DNA of 60,852 nucleotides from an uncultured delta proteobacterium (GCA_963823335.1 CAWGLD010000010.1:1-60852), one strand, 5' to 3'. Counted from the first letter of the stretch, positions 39,525-50,407 are shown. A program made the numbers and translations. The notes: generated by a model not told the origin, from the letters alone.

Positions 39525-39866
<342 letters not shown>

Positions 39867-39914
39867 TCATACTCCTTTGCTGCTGTGTTGATTCTTGCAT
39901 CGTTTATAGATGCG

Positions 39915-42530
39915 TTAAATAATTTTTGGCAGTCGTTGATAAATGACGTCTTTAATGAATGATACCTGATTTTCAGAATCGACTTTCTGGCCGTCGACAT
40001 CTCTAACGTAGAAAACATCCACGACCTGATCGATATTGGTTGAAATTTTAGCTACCCAGATATCGAGGTCTGCCTGGTAAAGCGCATCGGTTATGGCGAA
40101 TAAAAGACCGGGAAAATCGTAGGTAAATACCTCTATAATTGTAAAGAAACTGGAACTTTCATTGTCCACATTCACTTTGTGGGGTCTTTTGGAAACCCTG
40201 GGCTTGATTATGGCTGCAGCCTTCATCTTTTTTTTCAGCTGGCTTGCAAGATCCAGCTCGCCCGAAAGCGCCGAGGCCAGATTTCTTTCCGCAATTGCCC
40301 AGCGCTCATTTTCGAAAATTTTGTCCAGTGGCGGTTTGAGGGTAAAAATATCGAGGGCGATGTTGTTGCGCCAGGTGAAGATCTGGGCATCCAGAATATC
40401 GAGATTGTTTAAGGTTAACATGCCGGCGATTTTGGAAAAGAGACCGGGTCTGTCCTTGGCGCAGATACGTACAATGCGGGTGTCTGCTGTCTCATCTTTG
40501 GAAATATGCCAAACGAATTCTCGATCGTTCAAGCTTTGATACAGTGCGATATCCTCCAGGATGTCTGCAGGCGGCAAGGTCAGCACATATCTGGGGGACA
40601 TGATATTGAATGTAACAGCCAGGCGATTCCTTTCATCAGGCGCTTTTGCCGACGCCAGGATGACATCCTGCTTTTTCTCGATGTTCTGTACCGCGTGGCG
40701 GCTTGCCAGTTCGCCCTTTTTGAGAATGTTCATGACTTTCAGAAAAAGATCTCTCAGGAGTGTCATGGTCCATTCACTCCAGGCGTTCCGGCCGGTCGAT
40801 ACGGCATCTGCAACCGTCAGGAGAAACAGCATTTGCAGCCGGCTGACCTTTTTTATGATTCTGGCACACATGATGGCGGTTTCTTCATCGTGAATATCGC
40901 GACGTGTGGCCGTTTTCATGAGCAGGAGATGCTGCTCCACCAGAAACGACACGGTTTCGGTATCGTGTTCTGGATAACCGAAACCGGTCATTATTTTCCG
41001 AGCGATTTTGGCACCTGTTTTGGCATGATTTTTCTCTGGTGTACCTTTCCCGATATCGTGCAGAAGCGCAGCCCAGAGGAGGCGTTTCTGGTTTTTCAAT
41101 CCTTTCCAGATATTGCCGCAGAATGGGCACCCCGAAGTGTCCTGTTCGGTCCCAAAGGCCCGCACGGTCTGCACGGTTCTCAGCGAATGCTTGTCTACCG
41201 GGTAAACATGGTACTCGTCATACTGGATCCTGTTGACGATACCTTTCAATTCTGGAATGAGACTCAGAAGAAGTCCTGAATCCAGCATTACACCCAGAAC
41301 GTCGATGGTGAATACAGGCTCCCTGAGAATGTATTCGAATGCCGTCAGCACCTGTGTGTCGGTCCGGATATCGTTATCGACAAGGTGACGAAATTCGCTC
41401 ACAATCCGTTTGGCTTGGCCACTCAGGGGCGTCTTTAAACGGGCACTTTCCTCAAATATCCGGATAAGAAGCGCCGGCTTTTTCAATACGTATTCCGACG
41501 ACACAAAATCAAGCATGTCACGATTCATAGTCAGGCCTTCCACCTGAACCGCTATACGGTATCGATTTTTTTTTCTGTAGGTGTTGGCATAGCCGTGTTC
41601 GCTGAGAAACATCAGGAACTGCTGTTTCATGAAATCCATATTGGCGTGGAGTTCACCCAGAAAACTTTCCACGGCCTGCTGCCCTGAACGAGTTTTGAAA
41701 TGCATGGATTCAGCCAGTTGAATCTGGTTTTCAAAATATAACTGATCACTCTTTTTCCCGGAGGCTTGGTGCAGGTGGTTACGTACATTCCATATAAAGG
41801 AAAGAGCTTTCCGGGTGGACTGGTATTCTTCGTGGGACAGATAACCGAGATACTCGAGGTCCCTGGGTTGACGGATGTCCAATTTGATCCGGCCGATCCA
41901 GAGCATGGTGTGATAATCTCTGAGACCGCCCTGGCCTTCTTTGAGGTTTGGCTCCAGAAGATAGGTTGAATCACCGAAGCGGAGATGTCTTTCACGGCTT
42001 TTATCCACCAGCCAAGTGATGATTTTATTGGACTGCTTGGTCAATACTTTTTGTCGCAGGGTATCCTGCAGTTCTGAGAACAGTAGGGACATCCCGCAGA
42101 TAAATCTGGCATCCAGGATAGGCGTCAGAACAATGGGATCTTTCCTGGACATGTCGATGCATTCTTTGAGTGTACGGGTTGCGTAGCCGACGTCCAGACC
42201 CAAATCCCATAGCGGGTAGATGATTTCCTGAATCAGGTCTGCCGCCGCTTTGGGGACTTTATTTTGAAAACAAAAGAGGATATCCACATCCGAGTGGACA
42301 CATTGCTCTTCGCGTCCATAACCACCCAAAGCAATCATGGCATAGGGATTTTTATATAGCGCCAGTTTCGGACCCACTAGGCTGTGTTCGAAACTTTCCC
42401 GAAAATAATTGTCCAGAATGCTCGCGTGCTGCTGCAGAAAAGCAGCCGGTTGCATTTCCGGGAATTTGGATATCAGCTGATCCCTTTTCTGGTTGAGCGT
42501 ATGGGATATATGGTTGAATGGACTGGTCAT
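39915..42530 (-). CDS. glnD: [Protein-PII] uridylyltransferase/uridylyl-removing enzyme
   Basis: 'ALGGYGR....SDVDI', 'EPNLKEGQGGLRD', HD 'LLHDIGKG', two ACT domains; start 42530 preferred because ATG 42554 lies inside a sigma54 box. Confidence 0.93.
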   Translation of the reverse strand: MTSPFNHISHTLNQKRDQLISKFPEMQPAAFLQQHASILDNYFRESFEHSLVGPKLALYKNPYAMIALGGYGREEQCVHSDVDILFCFQNKVPKAAADLIQEIIYPLWDLGLDVGYATRTLKECIDMSRKDPIVLTPILDARFICGMSLLFSELQDTLRQKVLTKQSNKIITWLVDKSRERHLRFGDSTYLLEPNLKEGQGGLRDYHTMLWIGRIKLDIRQPRDLEYLGYLSHEEYQSTRKALSFIWNVRNHLHQASGKKSDQLYFENQIQLAESMHFKTRSGQQAVESFLGELHANMDFMKQQFLMFLSEHGYANTYRKKNRYRIAVQVEGLTMNRDMLDFVSSEYVLKKPALLIRIFEESARLKTPLSGQAKRIVSEFRHLVDNDIRTDTQVLTAFEYILREPVFTIDVLGVMLDSGLLLSLIPELKGIVNRIQYDEYHVYPVDKHSLRTVQTVRAFGTEQDTSGCPFCGNIWKGLKNQKRLLWAALLHDIGKGTPEKNHAKTGAKIARKIMTGFGYPEHDTETVSFLVEQHLLLMKTATRRDIHDEETAIMCARIIKKVSRLQMLFLLTVADAVSTGRNAWSEWTMTLLRDLFLKVMNILKKGELASRHAVQNIEKKQDVILASAKAPDERNRLAVTFNIMSPRYVLTLPPADILEDIALYQSLNDREFVWHISKDETADTRIVRICAKDRPGLFSKIAGMLTLNNLDILDAQIFTWRNNIALDIFTLKPPLDKIFENERWAIAERNLASALSGELDLASQLKKKMKAAAIIKPRVSKRPHKVNVDNESSSFFTIIEVFTYDFPGLLFAITDALYQADLDIWVAKISTNIDQVVDVFYVRDVDGQKVDSENQVSFIKDVIYQRLPKII

Positions 42531-42543
42531 GCCATTGTAGTAC

Positions 42544-42559
42544 GCAAAGGGCATGCCAA
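42544..42559 (-). promoter_or_regulatory. sigma54 (-24/-12) promoter of glnD(-glnB-glnA)
   Basis: Minus strand TTGGCATGCCCTTTGC, near consensus TGGCAC-N5-TTGC. Confidence 0.65.
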
Positions 42560-42689
42560 AAGCCAGGAAAGCAAATTGTGTAATGAAATCGATTTGATAG
42601 CCCTTATAGACGTTAGAGGTGTTGGGCGGACATTACAAATATGTTAAAAACAGGCGGGAAAAAATACAAAAATGTAACAAGGCCTGATA

Positions 42690-45620
42690 CTATTGGTTCA
42701 AATAAAAAGACCATATTTTTTCAACATGTTGCCGTAAGTCTTGAAAAGTGCCTTCTGGAACCGTGTGGGGTTTTTCAGCCAGATTCAGACGATGAACAGT
42801 GGCGCGATAAACCAGGTAGATTCGTCTCAAAAGATGGGCGACCTTTTCGTCTATGATACCTGTTTCAGAAAGTGCCTGAATCTGCCGGACATTGTCAGGG
42901 TAGGTCACCAGTTCTTTGAATCTGTGGGCATTCAAGAGAACCAGGAACTGGACAAGAAATTCGATGTCAACCATGCCGCCGCGGTCCTGTTTCAAATCGA
43001 AACTGTCGGAATCTTTTTGGGTCAGGGAGCTGCGCATTTTTTCCCGCATGGTGATGACCTCTTTCTGGAGTTCCGTCTTACGGCGTTTGCGGGTTAGTAT
43101 CTCCTCTCGAACCTGGTTGAACCAGTCTGCCAGGTGCTTGTCACCGATAATGACGCGTGCTCTCAGCAGGGCCTGGTGTTCCCAGGTCCAGGCATCTTGG
43201 GACTGATAGGTCTGAAACGACGTGAAATGGCTGACAAGCATCCCCGAGCTTCCACTGGGCCTCAAACGCATATCGATTTCATAGATCCGCCCTGCCGCTG
43301 TATGGCTAGTCAACAGGTGCAGCACCCGCTGCCCTAATCGGGCATAGAACTGTGAATTTTCAATGGGACGATCCCCTCTGGTCTGTCCTTTATCACCCGC
43401 ATGGATAAATACCATGTCCAGATCAGACCCATATCCAAGTTCAAGACCGCCGAGCTTGCCGTAGGCGATAACCGCAAAACCTTTTTCGCAGGGATCGCCG
43501 TTCAGGCTTGTCGACGGCTCACCGTGTTTTGCGACCAGATGCTGCCATGACAGGCTGACGACTTTTTCCAGAATGGTTTCCGCAATGTCGGATAGATGAT
43601 CGCTGACCCTCATCAGCGGCAGCACATCCGTGATATCGGCAGCAGCAACACGCAGCTCGTTCACCTGGCGGAAGATGCAGAGTGTTTCGATCTGATATTC
43701 CAGGTCGTCCGATTCAAGTTTGTTCAGCCGGCGGTTCAGGTTCTCCTTTAACACATCCTTTTCAGGTGGCGCATAGAGCGTCCGGGGGTCGATGAGTTCG
43801 TCCAGGAGTACCGGGTGGCGCGAAAGGAAGGTGATGATCCACGGGCTGGCGTTGGCCAGGCGTATCAAATGCTTCAGGGCACCCGGATTTTCCAGCAGCA
43901 GAGACACATAATTGGTCCGCCGCTGGATCGATTCAATCAGGTCGATGATACGTTTCAAGACAAGATCCGGCTGTGGCGAATGTGACGCGGCCTTCAGGAT
44001 TCTGGGCATCAGTCTGTCGATCTTGGCCCTTCCTTCACGGCTCAACGACCTTGTCCCCGGACTGTTTTTAAACTGATCAAGCAACTTTATGATGGTATCA
44101 GGCGCTTCAAATCCAGCATTGGACAGCTCATGAAAGGCTTGCTCATCCACACTGGCGCTTGTCCAGAGACATGCAAGTTCCTGGTTGTTTTCGTTGTCGC
44201 AATTCATTTTGGGTTCCGGGTCTTGGGCTGCCAAAAGATTGCTGAAATGACGCTGAGCAGTGTCTGTATGCTGCTTCAAGCGGGATGAGAACGGTGCCCA
44301 GTCTTCAAAGCCCATAGCCAGGGCCAGTCGGAGCCGTGTTTTGGGCGTGTTGGGCAAATCATGAGTTTGCCGGTCCGAAAATTCCTGAAGGCGATGCTCG
44401 GTATTTCGCAGAAAACGGTAGGATGCCTGGAGTTCGTCCCGGGTTTTCGGTTCGATATACTTTTCGCACACCAGGGTGTCGAGAATGTGCAGAATGCGTT
44501 GGTCCTGCAAGCCCGGGATGATACCACCCCTGATCAGTTGAAATACCTGACCGAAGAATTCGATTTCACGAATGCCACCGGGTCCCAGTTTGATATTGTC
44601 TGCCAGACCTTTTCGTTTGACCTCCATGGATATTTTTTGTTTCATAGCGCGCAGAGAATCAAATGCACCGTAGTCGAGATAACGTCTGTAGATAAAAGGT
44701 TTGAGCCGTTTAAGAAGATTTTCCGCAGCAGTCATGTCACCAGCCACGGCCCTGGCTTTGATCCATGCATAGCGTTCCCATTCCCGCCCGTGGAGCTGAT
44801 AATATTCCTCGGTGTTTTCAAAACTCATCACCAGGGGCCCGTTATCGCCGTCAGGTCTCAGTCGCATATCGACACGGAAAACCTGACCATCGGGTGTGAT
44901 TTCCGAAAGGGTTTTAATGAGATTCCTGGCAAGCAGGACAAAGAAGGTATCATTGGATCGGGGCTTTTCAGGATGATCGGTTTCCCCAGCCTCAGGGTAG
45001 GCAAATATCAAATCGACGTCAGATGAAAAATTAAGCTCTTTGCCACCCAGCTTTCCAAGCCCAAAAACCGTCAGGTTTTGCCGGGATCCATTTTTTGTAC
45101 GGGGAACGCCATCCACACGACAGTGCAGGTTATAGAGAACTGTAAGGGAACAATCGATGCAGGCATCGGCGAAAGCGGAGAGATCCGTCATGGTTTCTTC
45201 GAGTGTTGCACGCCCGGAGAGGTCGCGCCAGGCGATGCGAACCATTTCGCGTTGCCGAAAATTTCTCAGCAGGCGCTGCAATATAGGGATCTGGCTTGTC
45301 AGGTCGGCATTGCTGAGCGCAGTAGGGGTCCCATGATCAAAATCAGTTAAAATACTCTTGAGCTTTTCTCGATAAAAATCGCGGGGGTATGCTTCAAGCA
45401 AATACTTGCCTTGGAAAAGATCCATCAGCAGGTCAGGGTCCCGAAGACAGATTTGGGAGATAAAATCGCTGAATCCCCAGACTTGAAGCAACTCCTCAAA
45501 AAAATCCTTGTTTGCTTCGATAATTGCCGCATGCGACTCTGCGGCCAGGGCATACGTTTTCCAACGACTTCTGGCATCGTTTATGATTTCCGAATGCAAA
45601 GTTGGTTTCTCGGGGATCAT
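42690..45620 (-). CDS. glnE: Bifunctional glutamine synthetase adenylyltransferase/adenylyl-removing enzyme
   Basis: Two nucleotidyltransferase domains: 'GKLGGKELNFSSDVDL', 'YGKLGGLELGYGSDLD'; 'DMRLRP', 'GREWERYA'. Confidence 0.96.
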   Translation of the reverse strand: MIPEKPTLHSEIINDARSRWKTYALAAESHAAIIEANKDFFEELLQVWGFSDFISQICLRDPDLLMDLFQGKYLLEAYPRDFYREKLKSILTDFDHGTPTALSNADLTSQIPILQRLLRNFRQREMVRIAWRDLSGRATLEETMTDLSAFADACIDCSLTVLYNLHCRVDGVPRTKNGSRQNLTVFGLGKLGGKELNFSSDVDLIFAYPEAGETDHPEKPRSNDTFFVLLARNLIKTLSEITPDGQVFRVDMRLRPDGDNGPLVMSFENTEEYYQLHGREWERYAWIKARAVAGDMTAAENLLKRLKPFIYRRYLDYGAFDSLRAMKQKISMEVKRKGLADNIKLGPGGIREIEFFGQVFQLIRGGIIPGLQDQRILHILDTLVCEKYIEPKTRDELQASYRFLRNTEHRLQEFSDRQTHDLPNTPKTRLRLALAMGFEDWAPFSSRLKQHTDTAQRHFSNLLAAQDPEPKMNCDNENNQELACLWTSASVDEQAFHELSNAGFEAPDTIIKLLDQFKNSPGTRSLSREGRAKIDRLMPRILKAASHSPQPDLVLKRIIDLIESIQRRTNYVSLLLENPGALKHLIRLANASPWIITFLSRHPVLLDELIDPRTLYAPPEKDVLKENLNRRLNKLESDDLEYQIETLCIFRQVNELRVAAADITDVLPLMRVSDHLSDIAETILEKVVSLSWQHLVAKHGEPSTSLNGDPCEKGFAVIAYGKLGGLELGYGSDLDMVFIHAGDKGQTRGDRPIENSQFYARLGQRVLHLLTSHTAAGRIYEIDMRLRPSGSSGMLVSHFTSFQTYQSQDAWTWEHQALLRARVIIGDKHLADWFNQVREEILTRKRRKTELQKEVITMREKMRSSLTQKDSDSFDLKQDRGGMVDIEFLVQFLVLLNAHRFKELVTYPDNVRQIQALSETGIIDEKVAHLLRRIYLVYRATVHRLNLAEKPHTVPEGTFQDLRQHVEKIWSFYLNQ

Positions 45621-45745
45621 ATGTGTCCTATCTTTGTGAAAAAGAGATCGTGTAAATCATATCACAATTTTATTATATGTTGAAAAAAAACCCAAACAAG
45701 TTTAAAGCATGCACAGCCAATCTGTGGGGATTTTAACAGTTTATC

Positions 45746-46456
45746 ATGAAAAAAAGTGAGCTCGATCAACAAGACAAATATATCAAAGCCCTGATGGACA
45801 TCAGCCGTGCCATTACATCCGATCAATATCTGGAGGATATTCTCAAACTGATTTTGATGGTCACGGCCAAAGTGACCGGAGTGGAAATATGTTCTTTATG
45901 GCTTATAGATGAAACCACTGATCCGCCGATGCTCGGACTCAAAGCCTCACAGACCATCGACCGTGAGTATGTCAAGGATCGATCCCTGAGGATGAATGAA
46001 GGGGTTGTGGGGCATGTTGCAACGACCCGAAAGCCGCTCATGGTGGAAAATGTCCTGGATGAATCTCTATTCAAAGAAAAAGAGATGGCCAAACGGCTCG
46101 GTCTGGTATCCATGCTGAGCGTCCCCCTGGAAATCAAAGATGAAAAGGTCATCGGCGTTTTCAACTGCTTTACGGCCGAACGTCATCAATTTTCCGAAAC
46201 GGAAATCAATCTCATCCAAACCGTCGCCAATCAGGCAGCGGCTGCTATTATCAATACCGAGCTCATGGTGAAAACCAAGGTAATTCAGGAGGAGCTCGAG
46301 ACACGTAAACTGGTGGAGCGTGCCAAAGAGGTGCTCACCAATCGACGCGGCAGAACCGGCGAGGAGGCTTATCGCTGGATACAGAAGCGCAGCATGGATA
46401 CGCGGAAGTCCATGCGTGAAGTAGCAGAAGCCATACTGCTTTCGGAAGAGCTTTAA
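45746..46456 (+). CDS. GAF-ANTAR RNA-binding antitermination regulator
   Basis: N-terminal GAF; C-terminal ANTAR 'LETRKLVERAK..L......EEAYRWIQKRSMD.RKSMREVAEAIL'. Confidence 0.92.
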   Translation: MKKSELDQQDKYIKALMDISRAITSDQYLEDILKLILMVTAKVTGVEICSLWLIDETTDPPMLGLKASQTIDREYVKDRSLRMNEGVVGHVATTRKPLMVENVLDESLFKEKEMAKRLGLVSMLSVPLEIKDEKVIGVFNCFTAERHQFSETEINLIQTVANQAAAAIINTELMVKTKVIQEELETRKLVERAKEVLTNRRGRTGEEAYRWIQKRSMDTRKSMREVAEAILLSEEL

Positions 46457-46465
46457 AGCAGATTG

Positions 46466-48232
46466 TTATTTGCCCCCCAACCCTTTCAGGAGATTGTTTG
46501 ACACATCGTTTCCCAGACCCAGACGGGACGATATTTCCTGGGCGATACTGTCCAGCGCGGACATGTTGTCGGCGGTATCTGCCATGGGACCCCTGACCTT
46601 TTCCAGAACACCTGCCTGCAGCGCGTCCTGAAATTCATTTGTCAGGGTTTTGAGCTGTCTGCCAACGGCATTTTTCAGCACATTGTCCAGGTCCGAAGTT
46701 ATCTTGAGCTTGTAATTGTCAAGTGGTCCCGTCACCTTGGCATTTACAGAGAAATTGGAGACGTCTGCCAGGGCGGCATTCAGGGTCTTTGCGAGAGGAT
46801 TGCCGTCAGTCTTTTTACCTGTTTCAAACACGGCAGTATCCAAGGCCACCTGGACCTCGGCATCCAGCATCTCTCCATGCAGAGCTGCCCTAAGATTCAA
46901 ATGGGCCAGTCCGTTTTTCAGGGCAATGGGCAGATTGTCAGAGGTGGACAATTTGAAATCTTTTACACGATACTGCTGAACCGCCACTCTCACCTGATCG
47001 CTGGAATTGTTCGGGTCGATATGATCGAGGGTCCCCGTGATATTTATGGACTGAATGTCTGCGAGTTCAGCACCTGAAAAAGTAAATTTCAGGGGGATGC
47101 CAAGTAAGGTCTGGTCTGTCGTCACCTGTTGGATTTCCCCCGAGATTTCCCCCGCCGGGATGATCATGGAGACCCTCACCTGCCTTGCCAACAGATCGGG
47201 CAGTGGTTTTGTCTCCTTGAAGTGGACGTAGACGCCCTTACCTCTGTCCGGCTTTTCCACTGTCTCTCTTTTGTCCCCGGTTCCGACCTTTGCCAGAAGG
47301 GGGTTTATTTTTTTATACCAGAAGATGGTTTTCTGGACTGTGCCGCCGATTTTGTCTCCGAACAAAAGTTGTGCTACATTTCCCAGCCCCTCAGCGGACA
47401 GATTGTAGGTGTTCAAAATGCGATGGATGTCTTGCTGCGGCGCTGAACGCAATTGATCCAGTCTCTTCTTCAAGCTGTCTGTATCCCGGATAAAATCCTT
47501 TTGGATGTCCTTGAGTTGATCAAGGTCCTTGGATACATCCTTTTGAAGCTTTTTCACATCATTGGCCATGCTCAAGGCACCTGAAATATCTTTGGGGCCT
47601 TTTTGGAGTTTCTTGGCGCGTACCTGATACTGCTCGAATGTCTTTTGGTCGGGTGCCTTGGCCAACTGTTTTTCCCAGCTGGCTTTTGCAGCGTCGATAT
47701 CCCTTTCCAGTTGCTTGATCTGATCCAGTGATTCGAGTTTTTCTCTTGCAAGGATTTCTTGGATGTCCGGTAACTGAAAAGAAGAAAAAACTGATGCTGC
47801 AGACGTTGCACGTTCAATATCTGCAGTGGATTCCTTGCCTTTGGCCCGGGAAGGCACGGCACCCGAGGTTCTTCTGGACGTGTTGAAACGGACCCCATCC
47901 ATGATCATGGTGTCGATGATGATTTTGTGTCTCAGCAGGCTCAGACCGTCAAGGGAGAAGTCAATCCACCCAGCCTCAACGGCATTTGACATGGGGTTGT
48001 CAGGGTTTGTGACCTGAAGACTTTTCAAGGTGATTCCCAATGGAAACAGATGGATATCTGCCTCGGCCAATTCAACCTTGGCACCCACAACGCGGGTACC
48101 GGCTTTTTCAATGGAGCGCTTCACAAGAAAGTCTGCCAAAAAAAACCATAAAAAAAACAAAGAGATGGAAATAACTCCAAAAGCGATCAGCCCATGCCAG
48201 CGAAGCCATTTTATCATGACAGACCTCCCCAT
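46466..48232 (-). CDS. TIGR03545 family protein (uncharacterised, membrane-anchored)
   Basis: 'KWLRWHGL', 'GAKVEL', 'LQVTNPDNPMSN', 'GVRFNT.R..SG', 'RGKG..VHF.E..PLPD', 'SDLD'. Confidence 0.8.
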   Translation of the reverse strand: MGRSVMIKWLRWHGLIAFGVISISLFFLWFFLADFLVKRSIEKAGTRVVGAKVELAEADIHLFPLGITLKSLQVTNPDNPMSNAVEAGWIDFSLDGLSLLRHKIIIDTMIMDGVRFNTSRRTSGAVPSRAKGKESTADIERATSAASVFSSFQLPDIQEILAREKLESLDQIKQLERDIDAAKASWEKQLAKAPDQKTFEQYQVRAKKLQKGPKDISGALSMANDVKKLQKDVSKDLDQLKDIQKDFIRDTDSLKKRLDQLRSAPQQDIHRILNTYNLSAEGLGNVAQLLFGDKIGGTVQKTIFWYKKINPLLAKVGTGDKRETVEKPDRGKGVYVHFKETKPLPDLLARQVRVSMIIPAGEISGEIQQVTTDQTLLGIPLKFTFSGAELADIQSINITGTLDHIDPNNSSDQVRVAVQQYRVKDFKLSTSDNLPIALKNGLAHLNLRAALHGEMLDAEVQVALDTAVFETGKKTDGNPLAKTLNAALADVSNFSVNAKVTGPLDNYKLKITSDLDNVLKNAVGRQLKTLTNEFQDALQAGVLEKVRGPMADTADNMSALDSIAQEISSRLGLGNDVSNNLLKGLGGK

Positions 48233-48735
48233 TCGGAAACCGATTGATAGATACTGTAGAATTTTGATGCCTTGAGTACTTGTACAATCCGTGATTTCAT
48301 GACCCAGGCGAGGATATGTTCCCGGTATTTACTTATGACAAGATTTGAAAGGAAGAAAAGAGGAACAAAAAGGCCCAGGGAAATGACCAGACTCCCCATC
48401 AGAATGGAATTGTTATAATTCGAAAGTCGCCACAGGGGTGAATTATAGAGGGCTGTCCATAAACCATGCAGGCTGTTATTGGTCAGGATATGGAGTCCGA
48501 AGACATGAAAGAGGGGATCCAGCACATAAGCGACGCCGGAGAAACCGAGCCATCCCAGCATGAAGGTGGTCAGATTGATACGCAAAATGAGAACCAGCAG
48601 CAGGACCAAGATATTGTGAAGACTCCACAATGGTGTCAGACCGGCTATCATCGCAAAGCTGAGGGCCAGACTGATCTGAAACGGCTCAGTTTCGGAGTTG
48701 AGTGTTTTGAATATCTTGGCAAGGATCGTCAGCAT
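48214..48735 (-). CDS. TIGR03546 family membrane protein
   Basis: 'LNSETEPFQISLA', 'GLTP', 'DPLFH..G', 'YNNSILMGS'; paired with the TIGR03545-like gene. Confidence 0.82.
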   Translation of the reverse strand: MLTILAKIFKTLNSETEPFQISLALSFAMIAGLTPLWSLHNILVLLLVLILRINLTTFMLGWLGFSGVAYVLDPLFHVFGLHILTNNSLHGLWTALYNSPLWRLSNYNNSILMGSLVISLGLFVPLFFLSNLVISKYREHILAWVMKSRIVQVLKASKFYSIYQSVSEWGGLS

Positions 48736-48958
48736 CGGTAACCCCCTTTTGGCGTCAAAAATAAGAATGGCTTTATTTAAGCAATCCACATAAAAATAAA
48801 CATGATTTGTCTATTGTCTAACGGTATATATATTCTCGAAAAGAATTTATTTTGGGTTTGATTTGGCTGTTGGTTGTGTTAAGGGTTCTCCCATCATGCT
48901 ACGTGAACCAGGCGACTAACTTTTTACAAAGCGTAACCGGGTATTGGTGCCAGATCAT

Positions 48959-50389
48959 ATGAAAACGACTTCAGACAGTGAATCGAAACACAAGGGAAGA
49001 CCCCGGGAGGCCTGCGGCATATTTGGTATTTCAGGACATTCCGAAGCCGCACGAATGACCTATTTCGGTCTTTACGCCCTCCAGCACCGTGGCCAGGAAA
49101 GCGCCGGCATTGCCATTGCCAGGGACCAGGCAATTTATGCCCACAAGGGTATGGGACTAGTTCCGGATGTGTTCGACGCCGACCACATGGAAGACCTTTC
49201 CGGTCTGCATGCCATCGGGCACGTCCGCTACTCAACCACCGGCAGTTCCATTTTAATGAATGCCCAGCCATTCGTCGTTCAGCACAGGAAAAAATCATAC
49301 GCCGTGGCGCACAACGGCAATATCGTCAACGCTTATGAATTGAAACGTGAACTGGAGGAGGCCGGGTCAATATTTCAGACGACCATGGACAGCGAGATCT
49401 TTCTGCATCTCTTTGTAAAAAATCTTAAACTTGGGTTTGAACAGGCACTGGTAGCGGCCGTCGAGAAACTGAAAGGTGCTTTCTCCTTTGTTATGCTCAC
49501 CGGCAAGGGGGAGGTTGTGGGCATTAAGGATCCATACGGATTCAGACCCCTTTGCCTGGGTCGCCTGAATGGCAATTTTGTGCTGGCATCCGAGACCTGT
49601 GCCCTCGACCTGGTTCAGGCCGAATTTATTCGCGAGCTAGATCCGGGAGAGATTGTCATCATCGACAACGGCAGCATCAAGAGCATCCACGTGCCGGTAC
49701 CGGACAGACGGGCTTTCTGTATTTTCGAATTCATTTACTTTGCAAGACCGGACAGCTCTTTTTATGGGACCAATGTATACGAGATCAGAAAAGCACATGG
49801 GAGGCGTCTGGCCCGCGAGTCGAAAGTGGATGCCGACTTTGTCATGCCGTTTCCGGATTCCGGGACATATGCTGCTCTGGGCTACTCAGAGGCATCGGGC
49901 ATACCCTTTGAAATGGGAATGATTCGAAACCATTATGTGGGGAGGACCTTTATTCAGCCCACCCAGAGCATGCGTGATTTCGGTGTGCGGGTAAAGCTGA
50001 ATCCCATCAAATCCCTGCTGAAAGGGAAGGATATTATTATCATCGAAGATTCCATTATCAGAGGTACTACGGTGAAGACGAGAGTAAAGGCGCTGCGGGA
50101 ACTCGGTGTCAATCGTGTGCATATGCGCGTGAGCGGCCCCCCTCACAGATTTCCCTGCCCCTACGGCATCGATTTTTCAACCCGTGGAGAACTGATTGCC
50201 GCAAACAAAACAGTAGAGGAGTTACGAGGGCACCTGGGACTGGATTCTCTGTACTACTTGAGTCTCCAGGGTCTGTTGGACGCAACCAATGTGAAAAAAC
50301 CGGAAAATCACTTCTGCAAAGCATGTTTTGATGGCTGTTATCCTGTCACCTTCGAGGACAACCTGAGCAAAGACTGTCTCGAACCCTGA
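48959..50389 (+). CDS. purF: Amidophosphoribosyltransferase
   Basis: Propeptide then 'EACGIFG', 'LQHRGQESAG', 'GHVRYSTTG', 'DSIIRGTT', 'PCPYGID', 'CKACF'. Confidence 0.97.
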   Translation: MKTTSDSESKHKGRPREACGIFGISGHSEAARMTYFGLYALQHRGQESAGIAIARDQAIYAHKGMGLVPDVFDADHMEDLSGLHAIGHVRYSTTGSSILMNAQPFVVQHRKKSYAVAHNGNIVNAYELKRELEEAGSIFQTTMDSEIFLHLFVKNLKLGFEQALVAAVEKLKGAFSFVMLTGKGEVVGIKDPYGFRPLCLGRLNGNFVLASETCALDLVQAEFIRELDPGEIVIIDNGSIKSIHVPVPDRRAFCIFEFIYFARPDSSFYGTNVYEIRKAHGRRLARESKVDADFVMPFPDSGTYAALGYSEASGIPFEMGMIRNHYVGRTFIQPTQSMRDFGVRVKLNPIKSLLKGKDIIIIEDSIIRGTTVKTRVKALRELGVNRVHMRVSGPPHRFPCPYGIDFSTRGELIAANKTVEELRGHLGLDSLYYLSLQGLLDATNVKKPENHFCKACFDGCYPVTFEDNLSKDCLEP

Positions 50390-50407
50390 TGGATCCCGGC
50401 GCTGTGT

